From Candidatus Bathyarchaeota archaeon (GTDB lineage Archaea; Thermoproteota; Bathyarchaeia; 40CM-2-53-6): DNA of 64,000 bases. The notes beneath the pieces are model-generated. The model was not told the DNA's origin, ran no database searches, and saw only the letters and a program-made list of their open reading frames with translations. The position numbers and the translations under genes are program-made. The stretch covers positions 1,184,001-1,248,000 of the forward strand of contig CAVSBL010000002.1 of assembly GCA_963726255.1 (NCBI GenBank), given 5' to 3'. Positions 38,354-48,317 of this stretch are shown here, piece by piece. How positions within the stretch are numbered: the first letter of the stretch is position 1; each line of letters opens with the position of its first letter.

Positions 38354-41020
38354 ATGGCTAACATAGAGAGGATGCTCAATCCGAAAACCGTAGCTGCTAT
38401 CGGTGCTTCTGAAGAAGAAGGGTCCGTCGGCCAGTCCCTAATGAAGAATCTCCTCCTCGGTAAGGAGCGAAGAAGAATCTACCCTGTGAACGTTAAACGA
38501 AATAGCGTAATGGGTCTGAAGTGCTACGCTAGAATTACCGATATCCCAGAACGAATTGACCTAGCAGTGATAGCTACGCCGGCCAAAACTGTCCCTGGGC
38601 TCGTCGAAGAGTGTGCCAAGGCTGGCGTTGAAGGCGTTGTGATAATCTCAGCTGGATTTCGTGAGATTGGCCCGGAGGGAGAAAAGCTTGAGGAAGACAT
38701 CAAACGCATTCAGGCAAATCACGGCATCCGAGTCTTGGGACCCAACTGCGTCGGCTTCGTAAGACCCCAGGTCGAGTTGAATGCGACCTTCTTAAGAGAT
38801 AACCCCCAGCCGGGCCAGATAGCATTCGTTTCGCAGAGCGGGGCTCTTGGCTCCGCGATGCTCAATTGGGCCGTCAGCGCCGGGATTGGCTTCAGCATGT
38901 TCGCCTCCCTTGGTTCGACTTTGGATATCGACTACGGAGACATGATTGACTACTTAGGTGAAGACCCCCACACCAGAAGCATAATCATCTACATGGAAGG
39001 CGTCGGAAACGCCAAGAAATTCATGAGCGCTGCTCGCGGTTTCGCCCGAACCAAACCAATCATCGTCATCAAAGCGGGAAAGCATGCAGCAGGTGCCAAA
39101 GCAGCTTCATCCCACACGGGTGCATTGGCGGGGGACTACGCCGTTTACGACGCAGCATTCAAACGAGCAGGCGTTGTGATGGTCGACGAAATAGGAGACC
39201 TCTTCGATTGTGCGACCGTCTTGGACTCCAGATTCCTACCCCAAGGCCCTAGGCTCGCGATAGTTACGAATGCTGGTGGACCAGCAGTGCTGGCGGCAGA
39301 TTCGATCATTACAAACGGGGGAGAACTGGCGGCGTTTTCGGACAACACCATTCGCACAATGGACGCTACCCTCCCGCCGTACTGGAGCCACGGAGATCCC
39401 ATGGACATACTAGGGGACGCGGACATCAAGCGATACGAGCAGGCCGTGAGAACATGCATTGCCGACCCTAACGTGGACGGCCTCCTAGTCATCTACACTC
39501 CCCAAGGAACGACGCAGCCTACTCTTGTGGCAGAGTCAGTCGCGAAGATAGCCGCCGACCGTCGTAAACCGATGCTCACCGTTTGGATGGGAGAGAAGAG
39601 CGTCCTCGAAGCTAGACAGGTGTTCTACAGGAATAACATACCCACTTACGCAACTCCAGAAGAGGCCGTCAAGAGCTACATGTACATGTATCGCTACAGG
39701 CGGAACCTCGACCTTCTCTACGAGACTCCGGAGGAACTTCCAGTCGACTTTGCACCGCCGAAGAGCCACCTGAAAGTCTTGATCCGCAAAGCCGCCAAGA
39801 ATAGAACCGCGTTAACCCAGCCCGAAGTTGATAGATTCCTAGACGCCTACAATATCCCACGAGCGAAAGGATCGCTAACCAAAAACGTAGAACAGGCTGC
39901 AATGGTTGCGTCGGACATCGGCTATCCCATTGTTATGAAAATCGCGTCCGAAGATATCTTGCACAAGACAGACATCGGGGGCGTGATTACGGGCATTGAT
40001 TCATCGGAAGCACTCAAGGACGCGTACAAGACCCTCCTAGAACGGGCGCAGAAAGCGAAGCCTGATGCAAAGATAGACGGAGTGTACGTCCAGAAGATGA
40101 TGAGTAACCTCGATTACGAGTTGATACTTGGTGCAAAGAAAGACCGAGACTTCGGTTCAGTCATCTTATTCGGAATGGGAGGAATAGGCGTGGAATTACT
40201 ACACGATGTTTCAATCGGCCTTCCCCCATTAAACCAAGTGCTAGCTCGGCGAGTCCTCGAGGAAACGAAAATCTACCAGGCGCTCTCAAGAGGCCTCAGA
40301 AATAAACCGCCAATAGACCTCCGCTTGCTAGAAGAAATAATGATACGCTTCTCAAACTTGATTGTTGACTTCCCTGAAATTGGGGAAATGGACATTAACC
40401 CGCTGGTTGTCTCGGAAGGCAGGCTGTACGTTCTAGATGCGAGGATTATACTGGATAAGAACGCCCTAGATCGTACTGAGACATATCCCCACCTCGTAAT
40501 CATGCCTTACCCAACGAAGTGGGTTACGCTTTGGAGGACAAAGGACGGGACCGAAGTGACCCTCCGCCCTATTAGGCCCGAGGATGAACCCATGGAACTA
40601 GAGTTCATTCGAGGCCTGTCTTCGGAGACAAGTCGCTTCAGGTTCTTTCAAATCATCAAGGACCTCCCTCACGAGGCACTGGTACGTTTCTGCAATATCG
40701 ACTACGACAGAGAGATGGCGTTCATAGCGGAGACACGAGAGGGAGACCGCAAGGTAGAGGTCGGCGTAAGCCGCCTGATTCTGGAACCAAACAAAAAGAA
40801 AGGGGAATTTGCGGTAGTCGTGTCGGATAAGTATCAAGCGAAGGGCCTTGGAATCAAACTAGTTGACATGCTAATTGAAGTCGCCAAAGAGAAAGGTGTG
40901 GAGAGCATATACGGAATAATCATGGGGGAGAACTTGAAGATGATACGCCTCTGCGAAAAACTTGGATTCACAACAAAGAGAGAACACGAAGATGTGCTCG
41001 TAGAACTCAAGCTCAGATAA
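38354..41020 (+). CDS. Acyl-CoA synthetase (NDP-forming)-GNAT fusion, Pat/PatZ-type protein acetyltransferase
   Basis: CoA-binding domain, GPNC.G, SQSG, SHTGAL, TNAGG, HKTD.GG, ATP-grasp; C-terminal GNAT (IDYDREMA, Q.KGLG). Confidence 0.9.
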   Translation: MANIERMLNPKTVAAIGASEEEGSVGQSLMKNLLLGKERRRIYPVNVKRNSVMGLKCYARITDIPERIDLAVIATPAKTVPGLVEECAKAGVEGVVIISAGFREIGPEGEKLEEDIKRIQANHGIRVLGPNCVGFVRPQVELNATFLRDNPQPGQIAFVSQSGALGSAMLNWAVSAGIGFSMFASLGSTLDIDYGDMIDYLGEDPHTRSIIIYMEGVGNAKKFMSAARGFARTKPIIVIKAGKHAAGAKAASSHTGALAGDYAVYDAAFKRAGVVMVDEIGDLFDCATVLDSRFLPQGPRLAIVTNAGGPAVLAADSIITNGGELAAFSDNTIRTMDATLPPYWSHGDPMDILGDADIKRYEQAVRTCIADPNVDGLLVIYTPQGTTQPTLVAESVAKIAADRRKPMLTVWMGEKSVLEARQVFYRNNIPTYATPEEAVKSYMYMYRYRRNLDLLYETPEELPVDFAPPKSHLKVLIRKAAKNRTALTQPEVDRFLDAYNIPRAKGSLTKNVEQAAMVASDIGYPIVMKIASEDILHKTDIGGVITGIDSSEALKDAYKTLLERAQKAKPDAKIDGVYVQKMMSNLDYELILGAKKDRDFGSVILFGMGGIGVELLHDVSIGLPPLNQVLARRVLEETKIYQALSRGLRNKPPIDLRLLEEIMIRFSNLIVDFPEIGEMDINPLVVSEGRLYVLDARIILDKNALDRTETYPHLVIMPYPTKWVTLWRTKDGTEVTLRPIRPEDEPMELEFIRGLSSETSRFRFFQIIKDLPHEALVRFCNIDYDREMAFIAETREGDRKVEVGVSRLILEPNKKKGEFAVVVSDKYQAKGLGIKLVDMLIEVAKEKGVESIYGIIMGENLKMIRLCEKLGFTTKREHEDVLVELKLR

Positions 41021-41066
41021 TGAGACTTCTTTCCTATTTGAGACGTGACCATCATGACAGTCAGGG

Positions 41067-41161
41067 TGGTGGGCCCGCCCGGGTTCGAACCGGGGATCTC
41101 CGCCGTTCCCATATCATCGCTAATGTGAGGGCGACGTCTTAACCAGCTGGACTACGGGCCC
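41067..41161 (-). tRNA. tRNA-Val(CAC) with an 18-nt intron at 37/38 (41106-41123) and encoded CCA
   Basis: GGGCCCG/CGGGCCC acceptor stem, TCGCC-CTCACA^C-GGCGG anticodon arm, GGTTCGAACCC T-arm; intron forms a canonical bulge-helix-bulge. Confidence 0.95.
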
Positions 41162-41214
41162 CACAATGCTTCATCAGATTAGCTGCCTAAATTCGTTTGC
41201 GAAGCCCCCGCAAA

Positions 41215-41958
41215 CTAGCCTATGTAGCCTCTTTCGTTCTTCTCTGCGCGCCCTTTCATTGCCCCTATCGATTTCACCAGATCATCCGATTCCTTGGCCT
41301 TCAAATCTAGTTCGGTGAGGTCTAAGGGAATGTCGAGTTTTCTGCTCAGCACTCGCAGGACAGCACGCGCTGCCCTTGCGTCAACTATGTACCCGGACGT
41401 TTCCCCTGAAATGAATATGGCTTTCATGTTCCGCAGTTTCGACAGACCCACGAGTAACCCATTCATCCAGGTAACGCTACCCTCGCTGATTTGAGATACA
41501 CCGAGTGCGTCCAACTCTCCGAGCAGTTCCTTGTCGGTTCCCGTTCCGAACACCTTGGGTTCACCTGAGAATTCACCCGTTATGTAAGCTCCAACCGTCA
41601 GAACAGTGTCCACTCCAAGGGATTGACCGATCTCAAGCGCCTTATCGGCCAGGGCATAGGCAGCTTCCGGATTAGTCGGTTGAGCGTCCCCCGTGTAAAG
41701 AACAATGTCCCTCCCATTTCCACCTTTCCAGAAAAACATCGAATGCTTAGGCATGTCTGCAGTGCCGTCTTCTAGTATCCTAACGCGCGGAGGCAATGAG
41801 GTTGAATAGATCTCGGCGAATTTCTCCGCCTTCAGCTGCTTCACCAATTGCTCGATGACCAGCTTCGCTACGTTACCGCTGTCCGGAAGCCCGCAAACCA
41901 TTATCGGGTTGCGTAACTTCGGCGTGTTCTCAATGTAAACGCGAATTGTCGACGCCAA
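41215..41958 (-). CDS. PAC2-family proteasome assembly chaperone
   Basis: GLPD.GNV.K, GD.Q, G.NGLL, GETSG..VD; TTG start after the SD GGAGG. Confidence 0.85.
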   Translation of the reverse strand: MASTIRVYIENTPKLRNPIMVCGLPDSGNVAKLVIEQLVKQLKAEKFAEIYSTSLPPRVRILEDGTADMPKHSMFFWKGGNGRDIVLYTGDAQPTNPEAAYALADKALEIGQSLGVDTVLTVGAYITGEFSGEPKVFGTGTDKELLGELDALGVSQISEGSVTWMNGLLVGLSKLRNMKAIFISGETSGYIVDARAARAVLRVLSRKLDIPLDLTELDLKAKESDDLVKSIGAMKGRAEKNERGYIG

Positions 41959-42043
41959 CGGCCGGGCCCCTCCTTCGGAGGGAATGGCGTTAGTTGATAA
42001 GACAGGGCTATAGGCTTTTGAACGAACACGGGTTGGTAGAACG

Positions 42044-43072
42044 GTGAAGGCAGCGGTAATTTCGGGCAAGGGGACCGTTCAACTCAAAGAGTCACCGACA
42101 CCTAAGATTGGCCCGGGCGAGCTTCTCGTTCACATGCGAGCCTGTGGCGTGTGCGGGACTGACCTCGAGAAAATACACGGTGAGCACATTACGCCGCCGA
42201 TCCTCGGGCATGAAGTTGCTGGAGATATTGCGCAGATAGGTGAGGGAGTGCGAGGATTCCAGAAGGACGACAGAGCCCTAGTTCACCATCATGTATCCTG
42301 CAGAAGCTGCTTCTACTGCAAGAATGGGCTTGAGACGCTCTGCGAAGCTTACCCCAAGAGTAACCTCGACCCCTGCGGTTTCGCAGATTACTTTCGCGTA
42401 CCGTCCACACTCGTCGAAGGCGGCACTGTGTATCGACTACCAGACTCGATGAGCTACGACGAAGGTTCACAGGTAGAACCAACCGCTTGCTGCATAAGGG
42501 CCCTCAGGAAAGCAGGAGTGAAAGCCGGAAACAGCGTAGCCATCTTCGGTGTCGGCCCCGTTGGCCTAATGCATCTGCAGCTAGCTAAGGCATACGGGGC
42601 TGCGCCGATTATCGCAATTGATGTCCTTGAGAACCGCAGAGACTTTGCGGTTAAACTTGGGGCAGACGAGGCTCTCAACCCCACAAGCGACGATATCGCA
42701 ACGGTGGTTTCGTCGATGACCAACGGCCTGGGCGTAGACTATGCCATCGTCGCAACCGGGAATTTGAGAGCTATCGAACAAGCATTCAGCTCTGTACGCA
42801 AAGGCGGAAAAGTTGTTTTGTTCGGCGCTCCACCACGAGGCGCACAGCTTTCTCTAGACGTAAGCCGCCTTTTCCTGCGTGAAATCAAATTCGAATCAAG
42901 TTACTCAACCTCTGAGACCGAAATGAGGATGGCGCTCGACCTGATCGAGAAAAAGCGGATCAACCCATCGAAACTTATCACGCACCGATTCCCACTCGCA
43001 AGAGCACTAGAGGCTTTCACACTTGCTGAGAAGGGCGAGGGAACCGTCAAGGTTGTAGTAGAAAACGACTAA
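42044..43072 (+). CDS. Zn-dependent medium-chain dehydrogenase (polyol/threonine DH-like)
   Basis: CGTD, GHE, C..C..C.......C, GVGPVG. Confidence 0.88.
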   Translation: MKAAVISGKGTVQLKESPTPKIGPGELLVHMRACGVCGTDLEKIHGEHITPPILGHEVAGDIAQIGEGVRGFQKDDRALVHHHVSCRSCFYCKNGLETLCEAYPKSNLDPCGFADYFRVPSTLVEGGTVYRLPDSMSYDEGSQVEPTACCIRALRKAGVKAGNSVAIFGVGPVGLMHLQLAKAYGAAPIIAIDVLENRRDFAVKLGADEALNPTSDDIATVVSSMTNGLGVDYAIVATGNLRAIEQAFSSVRKGGKVVLFGAPPRGAQLSLDVSRLFLREIKFESSYSTSETEMRMALDLIEKKRINPSKLITHRFPLARALEAFTLAEKGEGTVKVVVEND

Positions 43073-43127
43073 GTGACGAACCAGCTCAGAAACCAATTTA
43101 ATAACACTACGTAAACTGTGTTCTCTC

Positions 43128-44183
43128 ATGCCAAACTCCATGCTCGCAATCCGCTTCTACAAACCCGGGGAATTGAAAGCAGAGCAGGTCCCCATCCCGA
43201 AGGCAGAGCCCGGCGAACTAATTGTCAAAAGCCATGTGACCCTGACTTGTGGGACGGACGTGAAGATGTTCAAACGCGGGCATCCGTTGGCCAAGCCCCC
43301 TCAAATCATGGGTCATGAATTTGCTGGGACTGTATCGGAAGTTGGACCCGATGTTGGAAACTTTAGGGTGGGAATGAAGGTTGTTGCGGCGAATTCCGCA
43401 CCTTGCAACAAATGCTTCTACTGCTTGATGCATCAGCCCAACCTCTGTGAGCATTTGGATGAGATGATTGTAGGTTTCACTTGGCCAGGTTCGTATGCGG
43501 AATATGTCAGGATTCCTGAAAGAATTGTCCGACAGAACACCTTCCAAGTTCCCGATGGAGTCCCATTGGAAAATGTCGCCAGCCTTGAGCCATTGGCGTG
43601 CGTCGTTCATGGATGGGACTTGGCTGGACAGGTGCTGGGCGGTACAGCAATCGTCATTGGCGGCGGGCCGATCGGATTACTTCATGCGCAGCTCGCACGT
43701 CTTAACGGTGCGCGCCAGGTAGCATTGTGTGACGTGGTTCCGGAGAGGCTTCGGGAAGCCGAGAAAATCGGAGTTGACTTGACGATAGATTCTACGAACG
43801 AGAACGTAGTCGAGCGCGTGTCGACTCTAACGGATGGTAGAGGTGCAGACATTGTAGTCGAGGCCGTGGGACGGCGTGAGACTTGGGAATCGACCGTCGG
43901 CCTCGTCAGGAAAGGTGGAAGGGTTCTTCTTTTCGGCGGCTGCCCGTCGGGGACCACGGTGTCCTTCAGCGCAGAGAAAATCCATTACGGTGAACTACAC
44001 GTCCAAGGAGCGTTCCACCACACTCCTGCGGCCGTTGAACGCGGCTTCCGCTTGATAGTTTCTGGGCAGGTTTCGATTAAGCCGCTGATTTCTCATGAAA
44101 TGCCACTGGAAAAAGCGGAGGAAGCTTTACGCCTAATGGGGGACGGCAAGGCGTTGAAGATTGCCCTACGCCCGCCAGCTTGA
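43128..44183 (+). CDS. Zn-dependent medium-chain dehydrogenase, second paralog
   Basis: CGTD, GHEF, structural Zn Cys cluster, GGGPIG. Confidence 0.88.
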   Translation: MPNSMLAIRFYKPGELKAEQVPIPKAEPGELIVKSHVTLTCGTDVKMFKRGHPLAKPPQIMGHEFAGTVSEVGPDVGNFRVGMKVVAANSAPCNKCFYCLMHQPNLCEHLDEMIVGFTWPGSYAEYVRIPERIVRQNTFQVPDGVPLENVASLEPLACVVHGWDLAGQVLGGTAIVIGGGPIGLLHAQLARLNGARQVALCDVVPERLREAEKIGVDLTIDSTNENVVERVSTLTDGRGADIVVEAVGRRETWESTVGLVRKGGRVLLFGGCPSGTTVSFSAEKIHYGELHVQGAFHHTPAAVERGFRLIVSGQVSIKPLISHEMPLEKAEEALRLMGDGKALKIALRPPA

Positions 44184-44188
44184 GGATC

Positions 44189-45379
44189 CTAGAGGAGAGA
44201 CTCCGGATCTTCGAGGTAGCGTTTCAAATCCTGCAGAAAACTCGCAGCAGGAACGCCGTCCACGATGCGGTGATCGAATACTAAGGTCAGCATAGTGGAC
44301 GGCCTTGCTGACACACGCCCGCCCAACGCAAATGGCTTGTAAACGATTCGCCCCAGCCCTAGAATTGCGCATTGTGGTGGGTTAATGACTGGTGCAAAGG
44401 ATTCTATGTCATAAGCGCCCAGGTTCGTCACTGTGAAAGTTCCGCCAGTCAACTCTTCTATGGTTAACCGTTTCTCGTTAGCCCTTTGAGATAACGTATC
44501 GATTGCCGAATTGACCTCCTTCAGGGATTTCTTATCCGCGTTCTGAATGACTGGGGCAACCAGCCCTTCTTCAGTGTTGATAGCTACTGCGACGTTTACG
44601 TCCGAGTAAATTGTAATTTCATCTTTCTCAATCGTTGAGTTGATCGCAGCGTGTTCCTTCAGTGCTTTTGCCGCCGCTTTCACCGCGAAAGTTGTGAAGG
44701 AGATGTGGCTTTCCTTCTCTTTCATTGCGACAAGCCTTGTTGCATCTGCCTCCATCGTAATTGTCACGGGCACAGCTGTTCTCGCGCTGAAGGACAGCCT
44801 TTCAGCCACAGCTTTCCTGATCCCCTCAAGCCTGACTCTTCTCAGAACAGCTGGCTGAAGCACCTTAGAGACTGCCAGTGAAGCCGTCGGGGCCTGCCCG
44901 ACTGCCGCGAGGACATCTTCCCGCGAGATGCGGCCGCCGGGCCCTGTGCCGCTCAAACGTGTTAGGTCTACGTGATGCTCTTGTGCCAGTCTCCTGGCTG
45001 CTGGGGAAGCTACTATGCGGTCAACTGCGGTTTGAGCGCTGGCTGGGTGTGGAGGGGTTGTGTAGCTCTGCGGGGAAGGCATGCTACTCTGAACGGCCTT
45101 CTGCTGAAGTGCCCTTGCCTGTACCGATGGCTGAGAAACTGAGCTAGATTCGCCAATGATTGCAACTGGCGCGGCGACTTGAACGTCGCTTCCAACTTCA
45201 ACCAGAAACTTGCTTAGCACACCGCTCTCCGGAGCTTCTATTTCGAAAGTGGTCTTCTCACCTTCCACCACGAGGATTGGCTCGCCTTTCCGCACTGAAT
45301 CCCCTTCTTTCTTGAGCCATTCGACGATTTTTCCGCTTTGCATCCCCGGGTCCAACCGTGGCATAACAACCTCAGTCAT
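44189..45379 (-). CDS. 2-oxoacid dehydrogenase E2 (dihydrolipoamide acyltransferase)
   Basis: Lipoyl domain EGEKT, ASPAARRLA binding domain, DHRIVDG. Confidence 0.92.
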   Translation of the reverse strand: MTEVVMPRLDPGMQSGKIVEWLKKEGDSVRKGEPILVVEGEKTTFEIEAPESGVLSKFLVEVGSDVQVAAPVAIIGESSSVSQPSVQARALQQKAVQSSMPSPQSYTTPPHPASAQTAVDRIVASPAARRLAQEHHVDLTRLSGTGPGGRISREDVLAAVGQAPTASLAVSKVLQPAVLRRVRLEGIRKAVAERLSFSARTAVPVTITMEADATRLVAMKEKESHISFTTFAVKAAAKALKEHAAINSTIEKDEITIYSDVNVAVAINTEEGLVAPVIQNADKKSLKEVNSAIDTLSQRANEKRLTIEELTGGTFTVTNLGAYDIESFAPVINPPQCAILGLGRIVYKPFALGGRVSARPSTMLTLVFDHRIVDGVPAASFLQDLKRYLEDPESLL

Positions 45380-45385
45380 TCTCGC

Positions 45386-46369
45386 TCATCGCCCCATGAT
45401 CCCGTCTACAGCTTGCACAATTTTGTCCGCGTTTGGCATGTACATTTGTTCTAGGCTAGGAGAGAAAGGAACGGGAATCTCAGGGCACCCAACACGCATT
45501 ATAGGCGCGTCCAAGTAATCGAATGAAGACTCCATAACCGCTGCCGAAATCTCAGAACCAACGCCCCCCGACTTCACATCGTCAGATGCGATAACCAATC
45601 TCGACGTACGCTTGACGGATTCAACAATCGTGTTGAGGTCAAGTGGTTGCAGAGTCCTCACGTCGATGACTTCTGCTGAAACACCTTTCTCTTCCAGCTT
45701 TTTTGCTGCCGAAAGCGCTTCGCCGACAAGCCTTGAAACACCGATGATTGTTACGTCGTCTCCCTTTTTCTTGACTTCCGCCTGTCCAAGGGGTACCGTA
45801 TACTCCTCTTCAGGAACTGGGCCTTTGGTTCGGTAAAGAACACCACATTCGATGAATAACACGGGATTCTCGTCGCGGATCGCCGACTTCAGAAGTCCCT
45901 TCGCATCGTACGGCGTTCCTGGGAGTACAACCTTCAAGCCTGGAACTTGGAAAAAGAATGAGGGGAAGAATTGTGAGTGCTGCGAACCATGTTGTCGGCC
46001 GAGACTGTACTGTGTTCTTAGAACCATCGGGACCTTCAACTGGCCCCCACTCATGAAGCGTATTTTCGCAGCCTGCGTGGCTAGCTGATCAAGGCAGATG
46101 GGAAGAAAATCCATGTACATTATTTCCGCAACGGGCTTCAGCCCTGTTAAGGCCAAGCCGACCGCTGCACCGGCGATGGCTATTTCCGAGATAGGCGTGT
46201 CCCTTACCCGCTCTGGTCCGAATTCATCGAGTAAACCCCGAGTGACCTTGTATGCTCCTCCGAAAACCCCGATCTCTTCGCCCAGAAGCATTACGTTAGG
46301 ATCCCGCTGCATCTCTTCGCGCATTGCTTCCCGCAAGGCGTCCGCGTAAGTAATCTCACGCAACATCAT
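45386..46369 (-). CDS. 2-oxoacid/acetoin dehydrogenase E1 beta
   Basis: DTPISE, EIMY.DF, QHSQ, DAKGLL. Confidence 0.92.
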   Translation of the reverse strand: MMLREITYADALREAMREEMQRDPNVMLLGEEIGVFGGAYKVTRGLLDEFGPERVRDTPISEIAIAGAAVGLALTGLKPVAEIMYMDFLPICLDQLATQAAKIRFMSGGQLKVPMVLRTQYSLGRQHGSQHSQFFPSFFFQVPGLKVVLPGTPYDAKGLLKSAIRDENPVLFIECGVLYRTKGPVPEEEYTVPLGQAEVKKKGDDVTIIGVSRLVGEALSAAKKLEEKGVSAEVIDVRTLQPLDLNTIVESVKRTSRLVIASDDVKSGGVGSEISAAVMESSFDYLDAPIMRVGCPEIPVPFSPSLEQMYMPNADKIVQAVDGIMGR

Positions 46370-47391
46370 TGCCCTCCCGCGTAGACGTAATTTTCTAAGC
46401 CATCGAAAGGCAAAGGAGAACCCTGCTGAGCGAAGGCAACAGCATCTTCCACTTCCTGACGCGCCGCTGTGTCGGCTTTCTCGATTTCTGCCTGAGTTGC
46501 AAACTTGCGTTCGACAAGGCGTTTCTCAAAGGTAAGTATAGGGTCACGTTCGAGCCATTTTGCAACCTCGTCCTTCGGCCGGTATTCACCCTTGTCGTAT
46601 ACCCCGTGGCCTTTCATCTTGTATGTAACGCATTCTAGAAAGGTTGGCTGCGGTTCGCGCCTCGCCCTTTCCGCCGCCGCCTTTGTTGCAACAAACACAG
46701 AGACGACATCATTCCCGTTTACGACAACGGTTTCCATCCCGTAAGATTTTCCTCTTTCAGCTATTGAGGGACTCGAAACTGCGCGGTTGACTGGCGTTGA
46801 CATGGCGTACTGATTGTTCTCGCAGAAGAGCAACACAGGCAGTTTCCATAACGCAATCAGATTGAGGGCCTCGTGAAAGGCGCCTGTGTTAACCGCACCG
46901 TCTCCGAAGAAACAAGCTGCTACGTGCCCGCTCTTCTTCTGCTTTAACCCCAGCCCAACCCCTGCGGCTATAGGTAGGCCACTGCCCACGATTGCTGTTG
47001 CATACAGCGAGCCCGTCTTCGGGTAGATGGCGACGTGCATAGAGCCCCCGAGCCCCTTGCAGGTGCCTGTAGATTTGCCGAACAGCTCGGCCATGCAGAG
47101 GTTAGTCGGAACATTCTTTGCCAATGCGTGGCCATGGCCGCGGTATGTTGTAACGGTGAGGTCTTCGGGTTCCAGCGCTGCCATCGCGCCTACAGCTATT
47201 GCTTCCTCACCCAAGTATAGGTGGGACGGGCCGATCAACGCCCCTCTAACGAGGAAAAGTTCTTCGATTTTCTCTTCGAAACGGCGCAGGAGGAGCATCT
47301 TCTGAAGCATCTGGAGTAGCTTGTCTTTTGTTAGCCCATGCTTGGCAAACTCGCCTTCTGGGACATCTTGGATTGTTGTTAAGGTCGTCAA
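46366..47391 (-). CDS. 2-oxoacid/acetoin dehydrogenase E1 alpha (TTG start 47391)
   Basis: HLY.GEEA, YRGHGH, GGSMH, GDGA...NN TPP motif. Confidence 0.92.
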   Translation of the reverse strand: MTTLTTIQDVPEGEFAKHGLTKDKLLQMLQKMLLLRRFEEKIEELFLVRGALIGPSHLYLGEEAIAVGAMAALEPEDLTVTTYRGHGHALAKNVPTNLCMAELFGKSTGTCKGLGGSMHVAIYPKTGSLYATAIVGSGLPIAAGVGLGLKQKKSGHVAACFFGDGAVNTGAFHEALNLIALWKLPVLLFCENNQYAMSTPVNRAVSSPSIAERGKSYGMETVVVNGNDVVSVFVATKAAAERARREPQPTFLECVTYKMKGHGVYDKGEYRPKDEVAKWLERDPILTFEKRLVERKFATQAEIEKADTAARQEVEDAVAFAQQGSPLPFDGLENYVYAGGQ

Positions 47392-47513
47392 TGCGAAATC
47401 AGCCGCTGTGCTACGCGCACACTCAGCCTTTAGTTCTTCGCAACTGGCTAGATCTGGGTGAAGGATTTTACTGCAAGGCCTACCCAAACGATTGGCAAAG
47501 GGGGCTAGGAAAG

Positions 47514-48293
47514 ATGGGCGAAGCAAAGACTCTCTACGCAATTGCTGAGAGCTGCCCACTCGACGCCTTACTCGTTAGAGATATGAAACGCGCCGTAAAC
47601 GCCCTCTTGCAACTAAACCTGAAAAGGTTCAGAGTCCCCCAGAAGCAGCTTGCAAAATACTCGGCCTTGGACATCGTCAAGCAAGCCTTGGAGCTTCTCT
47701 TCGAATTCTCACCTTCCGAGAAAAACTACCGCGAAGCAATGCGAACAATTCAAGTCTATTCGGAGGGCGATGAGGAGATGATGCGTACAATTCTGGAGAG
47801 TTTTCGTTTAATCGCGAACGCCGTGTATAACACATATAGCGGCCAACGGCACGCTGAATCTCTTGCCCCAGAGGTTCTCTTCCTTCAGGGCATTCCATTA
47901 GAACCCAACGAACTTCAACAATCCTTCAGGTTCGTCGGCGTTCGGCCACCCGACATCAGCCCGCCGAGCGTCAAGCGCACAGTATTTCTTGACGAAGGCT
48001 TCGAACCTTACAAATTACTACTGGACGGAAAGATAACTTCTGAGAAGGACCAAAAGGGCCGGGAAGAACATTGGGCTAGAATCATCAGGGCAGCATTGAC
48101 CAACGGTGGAACCGCCTTAATCCGCGTCGGCTCCGAACACGTGAACTTGCCGAAATCTGCGATAATGAAAACCCTAACAGGAATTCGACGGTCAGCTACA
48201 GGAAATTTGCCAAAGATTCTTCAACGAGAAGGGATAGCGATCGAAATCATCCACTGCATTCCAGACGTCAATGAGGTTTATGGAAAGAACTAG
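47514..48293 (+). CDS. Hypothetical protein
   Basis: Long ORF from ATG 47514, divergent from E1 alpha; VG..H motif near the C-terminus; no family recognised. Confidence 0.6.
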   Translation: MGEAKTLYAIAESCPLDALLVRDMKRAVNALLQLNLKRFRVPQKQLAKYSALDIVKQALELLFEFSPSEKNYREAMRTIQVYSEGDEEMMRTILESFRLIANAVYNTYSGQRHAESLAPEVLFLQGIPLEPNELQQSFRFVGVRPPDISPPSVKRTVFLDEGFEPYKLLLDGKITSEKDQKGREEHWARIIRAALTNGGTALIRVGSEHVNLPKSAIMKTLTGIRRSATGNLPKILQREGIAIEIIHCIPDVNEVYGKN

Positions 48294-48317
48294 CCAAGGC
48301 GAGGGCAGGGGTTCGCT

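Noticed and set aside
41067-41161. tRNA-Val as an integration site or unusual split tRNA
   Set aside because: Canonical 37/38 BHB intron; no duplicated 3' end or integrase seen nearby; the 8.7-kb relic does not match it.
46366-47559. Long N-terminal extensions and overlaps of E1 alpha (likewise PAC2, PmbA, ThyX and the ABC ATPase)
   Set aside because: Artefacts of longest-ORF calling; downstream TTG/ATG starts match family N-termini and remove the overlaps.
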